From Chrysomallon squamiferum (lineage: Eukaryota; Animalia; Mollusca), in contig CM022677.1 of NCBI GenBank assembly GCA_012295275.1, forward strand, positions 12,462,001 to 12,526,000: a stretch of DNA of 64,000 bases. Direction: 5' to 3'. Below, piece by piece: positions 54,103-64,000 of the stretch. How positions within the stretch are numbered: the stretch's first letter is position 1; each line of letters starts with the position of its first letter. The translations under genes and the position numbers were made by a program. The notes below the pieces were generated by a model, which saw nothing but the letters and a program-made list of their open reading frames with translations, was not told where the DNA came from and searched no databases.

Positions 54103-55005
54103 ATTACCACTATTACAACTAATATTATACAACTACTCCTACTGCTGTTACTACTACTACTATTATTAATATTACTATATTAAAACAACAACTGCTACTA
54201 GTGCTGCAACAGCTACAACTACTGTATTATTGCTACTATTATGAATAATAATGATGAAGATGATGATGATGACAAAGATGATGATGTTGATAATAATGAT
54301 GACGATGATGAAGAAAAAGATAATGATGAAGAAAAAGGTGATAATGAAGAAGAAGAAGATGATAATGATGATGATAACGTGATGATGAAATAGAAACAAT
54401 TCTCATCTCGTAGTTTAGAAGAACCATTTGTTTTTTAAAATAATAAATATTCTTAACGTTACAAAATAATGTAAATCACATATAAAAATGTATTTCTTAT
54501 ATATTATTCACCCTCAGACACTAGAATATAACGGCCCTCTGGAAATTTCTAATTTCTTAACATTGCACCAAGCATTACATACATGTTTTTTTTTTTTTGT
54601 TGTTCTTCTTTTTTTCATTATTTATTTTCACTTGGCATTTCAACTCGGTACTTAAACAATACAACCGCTTATAAATTTCGTGTTGAAAATGCAGTGCACA
54701 TACTACGAGCAGTCTTCTATTCATAATTCATTTTAAGCAGAATGTTTGAATTATTTCTGTAATAAAATACACGTCTATGAAATTCGTGTTGCATATTCAA
54801 GAATACATACATATATAAACACATATGTTTTTTTTCCGTAGGGTTTCTCACACCTTTCAAACATATTTAAGACGTTTTGCATTCGTTATTCAGTTTCACA
54901 GAACATTTGCATTTCCTGTGAAATAAAATAACAGCCTGGATCAATTCTTCTTAGATGCAGGTTTGTGTGTGAAACTGTTGACGCTTCAAAGAAGAACCGA
55001 GAAGA

Positions 55006-55060
55006 ATGAAAACAATTCACTTGCTTGCTTTTCTTCTTGTTTTCTTCATGTTTATGGAAG
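55006..55060 (+). CDS. Perlucin-like C-type lectin, exon 1 (signal peptide)
   Basis: MKTIHLLAFLLVFFMFME, then phase-1 donor G|GTGAGC. Confidence 0.85.
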
Positions 55061-55435
55061 GTGAGCTTCACTAGAAAATTATTCTATATAATGACACGTC
55101 CTCTAGACAATATGTCTCTATGATGACACTGCCTATAGTCAATATGTCTGTATGATGACACTGCATACAGACACTCTGTATAATGAAACTGCCTATAGAC
55201 AATGTATCTACATAATCACACGCTGTCTGTATCTATATATATATATATATATATATATCTAATCTAACTATCTGTCTGTCTTTCTGTCTATCTATCTATC
55301 TATCTCTCTCTCTATATATATATATATACAGACATAGACACACACTCGTATAGAGGACTTTCTGTAGGTAACCATTGGCGACATCATTGTTCTGTCTGTG
55401 TGTCTGACTCTTTATTTCAGCTATTTTCTTTTCAG

Positions 55436-55545
55436 ATGTGTCGGGCTCTGAAATGTTCGCGTGCAACGAAAACTTCGTGTTGATATACGGCCACTGTTAC
55501 TGGTTCTCCGACAGGAAACAGAAATACAGCTGGATGGACGCCGCG
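55436..55545 (+). CDS. Perlucin-like C-type lectin, exon 2 (alternative in-frame start at 55421)
   Basis: DVSGSEMFACNENFVLIYGHCYWFSDRKQKYSWMDAA, then phase-0 donor GTTAGT. Confidence 0.9.
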
Positions 55546-55559
55546 GTTAGTCACATGTC

Positions 55560-56480
55560 CTCATGATTAGAAACAGACGTACACGTGATTAGAAACAGAC
55601 GTACACGTGATTAGACACAGACGTACACGTGATTAGAAACAGACGTACAAGTGATTAGAAACAGACGTACACGTGATTAGAAACAGACGTACTCGTGATT
55701 AGAAACAGACGTACACGTGATTAGAAACAGACGTACACATGATTAGACACAGAATACACGTGATTAGAAACATACTATACGCGATTAGAAACAGACGTAC
55801 ACGTGATTAGAAATAGACGTACACGTGATTAGAAACAGACGTACACGTGATTAGAAACAGACGTACACGTGATTAGAAACAGACGTACACGTGATTAGAA
55901 ACAGACGTACACGTGATTAGAAACAGACGTACACGTGATTAGAAACAGATGTCCTCGTGATTAGAAACAGACGTACACGTGATTAGAAACAGACGTACAC
56001 GTGATTAGAAACAGACGTACACGTGATTAGAAACAGACGTACTCGTGATTAGAAACAGACGTACACGTGATTAGAAACAGACGTACACGTGATTAGAAAC
56101 AGACGTACTCATGATTAGAAACAGACGTAATCGTGATTAGAAACATACTCACACGTGATTAGAAACATACTTACACGTGATTAGAAACATACGTACTCGT
56201 GATAAGAAACAGACGTACACGTGATTAGAAACATACTCACACGTGATTAGAAACATACTTACACGTGATTAGAAACATACGTACTCGTGATTAGAAACAG
56301 ACGTACACGTGATTAGAAACATAGTACTCGTGATTAGAAACAGACGTACACGTGATTAGAAACAGACGTATACGTGATTAGAAACAGACGTATACGTGAT
56401 TAGAAACAGACGTACACGTGATTAGAAACAGACGTATACGTGATTAGAAACAAACATATACGTGATTAGAAATAGACATA
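55560..56480. repeat. 22-bp intronic minisatellite, about 41 copies
   Basis: Unit gattagaaacagacgtacacgt. Confidence 0.97.
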
Positions 56481-56661
56481 CTAACAGGAAGTACTAATAT
56501 TTCTACTCTTTAGCGCTGCTACTGTTGTTGCTGTTGTCGCTGTTATTATGGTTGTTATTATTATGTGCTGAGGATGCTGCTGCAATTAATATTGTTTTTG
56601 TTGTTTAGATTATGATTATGACTACTTTTTTATTATTATGATAATGATGATGATGATGATG

Positions 56662-56696
<35 letters not shown>

Positions 56697-56805
56697 TATT
56701 ACTATTATTCCTATTATTATTGCTATTATTACTATTATTATTATTATTATTATTATTACTATTATTACTATTATTATTATTATTATTATTATTATGATTA
56801 TTATG

Positions 56806-56846
<41 letters not shown>

Positions 56847-56856
56847 GATTATTATG

Positions 56857-56901
<45 letters not shown>

Positions 56902-56902
<1 letters not shown>

Positions 56903-56995
56903 ACTATTGCAGAGCTATGAATTCCTATTTGATGATAATATCTTCTAGGGAGGAAAACAGAGAAGTTGGCAATCGCCTGAAGAACTCACACGCCA
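56902..56995 (+). CDS. Perlucin-like C-type lectin, exon 3
   Basis: ttcAG|DYCRAMNSYLMIISSREENREVGNRLKNSHA, then phase-1 donor GTAAGT. Confidence 0.92.
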
Positions 56996-57185
56996 GTAAG
57001 TGTCTGATTTATCTCTACACAAACAGTTCATGTTTCAGCACTCAGCACTCAGCAGATAATGCAGTGTTATATCTCCAGTTCTTTAACCACAGCTGTCAGA
57101 TAAATAGTTTGTGTACAGCTGGTCACGTGATACGTTGTGGTGTACAGCTTTTACGTAAGATTTGTTTTAACCCGATCTCTAGTTA

Positions 57186-57353
<168 letters not shown>

Positions 57354-57461
57354 ACTTCTTCTGCTGCTGCTATGACTATAACTATTACCTCTTCAACAGT
57401 TACCACCATAACAACAACAACAACAGCAACTACTACTGCTGCTGTTATTGTGTATTTCCAG

Positions 57462-57709
57462 CCGATCGGTATTGGATTGGAGGAAATGACCTCGCTGTGG
57501 AAGGCGCTTTCAAATGGACGTCAAGGTGCGGTTCTGAACCTATGAGGTTTATGTCATTTTACAGATCGCAGCCTGACAATTACCAACGACGTCAACACTG
57601 CCTTGAGATTTTTGCAAAAGGTAATTTTCAGTTCTGGAACGACAGACCTTGCGATGATAGAGCAGGCTTCATGTGCGAATACAATCCCAGACCGTTGTGG
57701 ATAGTGTAA
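57462..57709 (+). CDS. Perlucin-like C-type lectin, exon 4 (QPD/WND carbohydrate-recognition motifs)
   Basis: TDRYWIGGNDLAVEGAFKW..SQPDNYQRRQHCLEI..FWNDRPCDDRAGFMCEY..*. All splice phases join, giving a 507-nt CDS (168 aa). Confidence 0.94.
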
Positions 57710-57774
57710 TAATAAAAAAATAAATAAAAAACTAAACTTCCAGAGGTTTCTTTTCTTTTTTATTAGTATTAGTA

Positions 57775-59528
57775 TGACAGCCACTGAGTCAGTCACACAG
57801 TGAGCAAGTAAGACAGTCACACAGTGAGTCAGTAAGACACTGTCTCTGAGTCAGTCACACAGTGAGTCAGTAAGACACTGTCTCTGAGTCAGTCACACAG
57901 TGAGCAAGTAAGACACTGTCACTGAGTCAGTCACACAGTGAGCAAGTAAGACACTGTCACTGAGTCACACTGTGAGCAAGTAAGACAGTCACTGAGTCAG
58001 TCACACAGTGAGTCAGTAAGACAGTCACACAGTGAGTCAGTAAGACACTGTCTCTGAGTCAGTCACACAGTGAGCAAGTAAGACTGTCACTGAGTCACAC
58101 TGTGAGCAAGTAAGACAGTCACAGAGTCAGTCACACAGTGAGTCAGTAAGACACTGTCACTGAGTCACACTGTGAGCAAGTAAGACAGTCACTGAGTCAG
58201 TCACACAGTGAGTCAGTAAGACACTGTCACTGAGTCACACAGTGAGCAAGTAAGACAGTCACTGAGTCAGTCACACAGTGAATCAGTCACCAGTGAGCAA
58301 GTAAGACAGTCACTGAGTCAGTCACACAGTAAGTCAGTAAGACAGTCACTGAATCAGTCACCAGTGAGCAAGTAAGACAGTCACTGAGTCAGTCACACAG
58401 TAAGTCAGTAAGACAGTCACTGAGTCAGTCACACAGTGAGTCAGTAAGACAGTCACACAGTGAGTCAGTAAGACACTGTCTCTGAGTCAGTCACACAGTG
58501 AGTCAGTAAGACACTGTCTCTGAGTCAGTCACACAGTGAGCAAGTAAGACACTGTCACTGAGTCAGTCACACAGTGAGCAAGTAAGACACTGTCACTGAG
58601 TCACACTGTGAGCAAGTAAGACAGTCACTGAGTCAGTCACACAGTGAGTCAGTAAGACAGTCACACAGTGAGTCAGTAAGACACTGTCTCTGAGTCAGTC
58701 ACACAGTGAGCAAGTAAGACTGTCACTGAGTCACACTGTGAGCAAGTAAGACAGTCACTGAGTCAGTCACACAGTGAGTCAGTAAGACACTGTCACTGAG
58801 TCACACTGTGAGCAAGTAAGACAGTCACTGAGTCAGTCACACAGTGAGTCAGTAAGACACTGTCACTGAGTCACACAGTGAGCAAGTAAGACAGTCACTG
58901 AGTCAGTCACACAGTGAATCAGTCACCAGTGAGCAAGTAAGACAGTCACTGAGTCAGTCACACAGTAAGTCAGTAAGACAGTCACTGAGTCAGTCACACA
59001 GTGAGTCAGTAAGACAGTCACACAGTGAGTCAGTAAGACACTGTCTCTGAGTCAGTCACACAGTGAGCAAGTAAGACACTGTCACTGAGTCACACTGTGA
59101 GCAAGTAAGACAGTCACTGAGTCAGTCACACAGTGAGTCAGTAAGACACTGTCACTGAGTCACACTGTGAGCAAGTAAGACAGTCACTGAGTCAGTCACA
59201 CAGTGAGTCAGTAAGACACTGTCACTGAGTCACACAGTGAGCAAGTAAGACAGTCACTGAGTCAGTCACACAGTGAATCAGTAAGACAGTCACTGAGTCA
59301 GTCACACAGTGAATCAGTCACCAGTGAGCAAGTAAGACAGTCACTGAGTCAGTCACCAGTGAGTCAGTAAGACAGTCACTGAGTCAGTCACACAGTAAGT
59401 CAGTAAGACAGTCACTGAGTCAGTCACACAGTGAATCAGTCACCAGTGAGCAAGTAAGACAGTCACTGAGTCAGTCACACAGTAAGTCAGTAAGACAGTC
59501 ACTGAGTCAGTCACACAGTGAGCAAGTA
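57775..59528. repeat. Complex minisatellite of short modules with a 636-bp higher-order repeat
   Basis: Modules cactgagtcagt, cacacagtgag and caagtaagaca. Diagnostic variants recur at 57841/58477 and 58081/58717. Confidence 0.95.
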
Positions 59529-59681
59529 AACTGTGTAAACTTTAAGTGAAATGAAGTAAACTGAAACTGCTTTTATAAATTACTTTGTTGTTTTTTAACT
59601 ATTTAGTGTAAACATTAAATATGAAATAAAAGCAGTAGATATGATTCTTGGTGACTGTGTATCTGTGTGTGTGTTTTTGAG

Positions 59682-59784
<103 letters not shown>

Positions 59785-59804
59785 ATTTTTAAAGGAATGG
59801 AGAG

Positions 59805-60295
59805 AGAAGCAGAAGAATGGCTAATCATGTTAAAGAGTGGTGAAGGAAGGATAGGAATAAATAGAAGGATAGCTAATCATGTTAAAGACTGGTGAAGGAA
59901 GGATAGGAATAAACAAGAATGGCTAATCATGTTAAAGACTGGGGTGAAGGAAGGATAGGAATAAACAGAAGGATGGCTAATCATGTTAAAGACTGGGGTG
60001 AAGGAAGGATAGGAACAAACAGAAGAATAGCTAATCATGTTAAAGACTGGTGAAGGAAGGATAGGAATAAATAGAAGGATGGCTAATCATGTTAAAGACT
60101 GGTGAAGGAAGGATAGGAATAAACAGAAGGATGGCTAATCATGTTAAAGAGTGTGGTGAAGGAAGGATAGGAATAAACAGAAGAATGGCTAATCATGTTA
60201 AAGAGTGTGGTGAAGGAAGGATAGGAATAAACAGAAGGATGGCTAATCATATTAAAGAGTGTGGTGAAGGAAGGATTGGAATAAACAGAAGGAAT
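59805..60295. repeat. 52-54-bp minisatellite, about 9 copies
   Basis: Unit ggctaatcatgttaaagagtgtggtgaaggaaggataggaataaacagaaggat. Confidence 0.95.
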
Positions 60296-60656
60296 TAAGA
60301 AACAAAAGAAATGGAGTGTGACGTACACTTAAACATAATTAACTATACAACACTGTAACAGAGTTTACATTCATACAACTTTTCAAATTAAATTTTATCT
60401 TTCTCAAAGAAACTACTATTTTTTTCTTAAATTTCGGAGGGTTTTTTAAAAAATGTGATTATTAAAATAGTTGTTGTTGAGATAGAAGCTATTTTGAAAT
60501 ATTAACTATAAGACTGTAAAGTTTACATTCTGTACAAGAATATGTCTAAGAAAATAAGCAAATGAAGACAGTGATTCAGTATCTTTTCTAACCGTTCTCG
60601 CTTTCCTCTAATTCAGTACACAGACTATATTTGTCCCTCTAGTCATCGCTCTAAAC

Positions 60657-60850
60657 CAGGGCTGCGCAAACTTTCAGATCTTACAGGCCGCTCCGCTTTA
60701 ACTTCACTGGCCGCACAAATTTCATTTGTGACTACGTAAAATCTGAAAGCGTAACATATATGAGTTTGCCTAATTTTCTAGCAATGAATCTCTGTAACGT
60801 AAATGTGACGAGGCGACATCCTTCCCACGGCCTCAGTTTGCGCACCCCTG
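60657..60850. mobile_element. hAT (Charlie-like) MITE, 194 bp
   Basis: TIRs cagggctgcgcaaact and agtttgcgcacccctg (15/16 match). 8-bp flanks ctctaaac and ctttaatc (6/8 match). Confidence 0.85.
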
Positions 60851-61688
60851 CTTTAATCCCTAAAATGAAAATAAAACTAAAACTAAGGGCCCTTTCAACT
60901 ATTACAAACGCTGTATTTACCAGGTGAAAAACGCCGCTTGACCGTGGAGAACGAAGCGCGCGTTTTTGAGCCTCCTGTCATTTTGTAAACAAAACTCAAA
61001 CTACCTTGTTCGTCCGCTAAATTCACCGGTCCAGAGGTAATCCACTGCGAAATGAACAACACTAACGCACAGTAAAATGTCATGACGTAAACCCAGCATC
61101 CATACAAAAAAAAAAAAAATATATATATATATATATTACGTCCAAATTTTAATTATAGCAATTCTTAAGGTGTCCCCGGATCGAGCGCTTTCAATATAGT
61201 CTCGAAGCAATACTTCGGGATTCGGTGGCGGTGACGTCATGCATATTCTCTAACCGATTCATTTTTATTATTCTTATATGAATGAATTATAACATAATAA
61301 TAACATGCAAAACAATGTAAAAAAAAAACCCAATAATATGAACTCACGTGAACTCTGCATGCTAGGGTGAATTTGAGACATGAATTTTGAAATTTCAAAA
61401 CATAAATCCCACTTTACAAATGTATTTCCTTCATGGCGTTTACTGTTGTGGGGTGCATAATTTCGATTAATTTCCCGTTCCGAATACTTTACTTTGTTAT
61501 TTCTCTTTCGATTATGTGATTAAGTAGATTATACTTTCCCCAACAATTTATTTATCCTGTAACTACAGAAACTCATAAAATCACATCTGCACGTCTTTTC
61601 CTTTTTATAATAATAATAATAATAATGGCAATGATAATAATAAAATAATAATTATTATTATTAGTATTATTAGTAATAAAACAACAGC

Positions 61689-61731
<43 letters not shown>

Positions 61732-62631
61732 GTAATAAGTTTTCTATTAAAATAATATGTTTAACTTTCATTAAATTATTAAAGTTATATTTTAATACTA
61801 AAATGTTAACATTATAAAAAAAACCTGACAAATCCATTACATATGACACCAACACACATTAAATAAACTTAAAATAAACATCACACAACCAAACAAAAGA
61901 GAACAAAACCCACCAAATCAAAACATATTGTTGAAAATATTGGACATTTGTTGTTCAAAGTGATTTAATGGAATTAACATTTATATCTGAAGACTTTTTG
62001 ACGTTGATTTCAAAATTGCATGATCCAAATATTGCAAACATCTCACATTAACAGTAAAACAAACAAGTTTTGAGAATTAAAAAAAAAAAAATTAATATAA
62101 AAGTAATAATAATTATTATTATAATAGAAAATTAAAATAACATCACTGACTAATACATATTTAAGTACTGAGGTTTGTTAGCATTCATAAAATGAAAGAA
62201 AGTTGTTTTTACACACACACGCGCATGTGCGCGAGGCATAGATACACACATACAATGATAGCAGAATATAAATATCTTTCCCTTGCTCCACACAAATAAC
62301 ATATAAACAGACACCAAGGAAACATTAAATAATAAATACATGTTTAAAATAGCACTTTTATCAAATTCAAGAAATATAATAAGAGTTAAAAAAGATGCTA
62401 ACACAAAAGATAGAAAGTAAAAACCTAGAAATTTGGACAGTATTGAATATTCACTAGACATAATTAGCTGATATAACACTGATCAAAAAGTTTCTATAAA
62501 ATATGAATGCCACCCATATTTTACACCTGTACTGTCAAAGATACATCTAAAAATAATATTAAAACATCTTCATAAAGTAAATTGTTGATACAGTACTTTA
62601 TCAAATACTTAACAAAAACTAAAACAATATT

Positions 62632-63272
62632 CTAAAAACCATTTATTCTAACAGATACTGTGGCTGACACATCACTAACAACCCTTTCAGACTGTTTAGT
62701 TGTTTTCTCTTCTACATTGTCACTTTCCAGCTGTGGTTTGTGACCTTGTGTTCCTTCCTCGTGGTTATCTTTGTTTCACCTTGGAAAGTTATTGTCACTT
62801 GTAGACCATGAAGGTTCTTCCTTCTCTGTTTTCACTAAACTATTATTAGTTAATTGTGAGTCATCTGATGATATGTTCAGTGGTTTGTTCACATCCATGT
62901 TCCCATCCACTATTTCATTCTGTTTCAAATCACTTGGCGTCTCACCTTCTTCAGTGCTTTGTTTATCAACCTGTTGTAGCTTGTCTGCATCAATCTTTGA
63001 GAAAAAAGCTTTGAACTTGTTGAAGACAACCTCTGCTTTCTGTCTGATTCACTCACTACATTCCTGCTGTATGCGATCATCATCCAGTTTTTTTCTTGTT
63101 TTCATCATCATCTGCTCCCAACTTTCTTTTTTTGTTAGTTTATTTTTACTTTTTGCGTTCATCCTCTTTTACTTTAGTATCTGTTTTTGACGTTTCCTTC
63201 ACCTTTTCATCACAATGTTTATCTATGCTGTGTTGATTGGTGTCATCTTCTCTAGCAGACTGAGTTTCGATT
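62632..63272 (-). pseudogene. LEDGF/HDGF-related (PSIP1/HDGFL2-like) pseudogene, 3' half
   Basis: Minus-strand K/E/D-rich linker, then SE*IRQKAEVVFNKFKAFF (63048-63001; compare the last IBD helix IMEKSTMLYNKFKNMF) and an acidic tail. Stops and frameshifts present; most of the IBD is absent. Confidence 0.75.
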
Positions 63273-63274
63273 TG

Positions 63275-63865
63275 CTTTCACTGCCATGTAATACTTTCCT
63301 TTTACTCGAAACAGTCAGTTCACACTGGCTGGCAAGGATTGATGACCTCCACCGTCAGTAAAAACTCCAAACGGGAAATACCCAATGTTCTTCTATGGAC
63401 CCTATCAGACTGCATTCCTAAAGATATCTATTCATAAAGATGTTCAAAGACAAGCACCACACATGAAAGAGGAGACTGGGTTTTAATGAAGGCCTGCGTG
63501 AGATTATCCACAAACCACCAGGAGAAGATATGGCTCAATGAACCAAAGGAGAGGGAACAGTGAAGTAGAGGTAACATGAACTCAAAAGTAAACAGAAAGG
63601 TGGCAGAAAACGTGTAATGGTGGAATCGAAAAAGATGTGCAAGAATATGAAGGTGAAAAGAGGGAGGATCATTAATGACACTGCAAAAAACAGATGTTTG
63701 AAGGATTTCTTGATTTGGAGGAATAAAAAGTACTGGTGTGAAAGTATAGAAAAGTCTAAGACAAAGGAAATTAAATCCACTGAAAAAATTACTGCCAGAG
63801 TGACAAAGAGTGACATAGGCATTCTTGACGTGTACAATTCTGAAAAGAGAGAATACAAACTTTAG
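63275..63865 (+). pseudogene. LEDGF/HDGF-related pseudogene, 5' half (PWWP domain), intronless
   Basis: HWLARIDD/VKTPNGKYPMFFYGPYQTAF/PKDIY/KRRLGFNEGLREI matches the HDGF-type PWWP (HWPARIDE..KYQVFFFGTHETAF..PKDLF..KRKGFSEGLWEI). Frameshifted. Confidence 0.85.
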
Positions 63866-64000
63866 TTTATCTTTCAAAAAATTGAGTAAAATGAAGAATT
63901 TTCATTGAACATAATAAACTGTAACAATCATTTTCTGTACTACAGCACTACAGTCCGTACATGACTTTAGTCTTATACAAACACTGTCAGTCCACAGTAA

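Noticed and set aside
62771-63190. 139-aa plus-strand ORF (and minus ORFs at 63428-63877)
   Set aside because: Antisense shadows of the two LEDGF-like pseudogene halves.

Overview
AT-rich, microsatellite-dense eukaryotic genomic DNA with spliceosomal introns. The gene and repeat content suggests a mollusc, probably a gastropod (inference). Two genes look intact: a 2-coding-exon RING/coiled-coil/NHL-type propeller TRIM-like E3 ligase that lacks B-boxes (15187-17049, +, 541 aa) and a 4-exon secreted perlucin-like C-type lectin (55006-57709, +, 168 or 173 aa). Two decayed lectin paralogues lie upstream of the intact lectin. The first 15 kb is a tandem segmental duplication that copied the TRIM promoter and 5' exon but not its CDS. 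The rest holds broken fragments of normally single-copy genes: MCC with missing exons, two CAMSAP/patronin copies with scrambled exon order, and an intronless LEDGF/HDGF-related copy split into head-to-head halves. There are also MITEs, SINEs, a LINE relic and many minisatellites, two of which (inside and just after the intact lectin) are dense E-box and AP-1 motif arrays. All homology calls come from remembered family motifs, not database searches.
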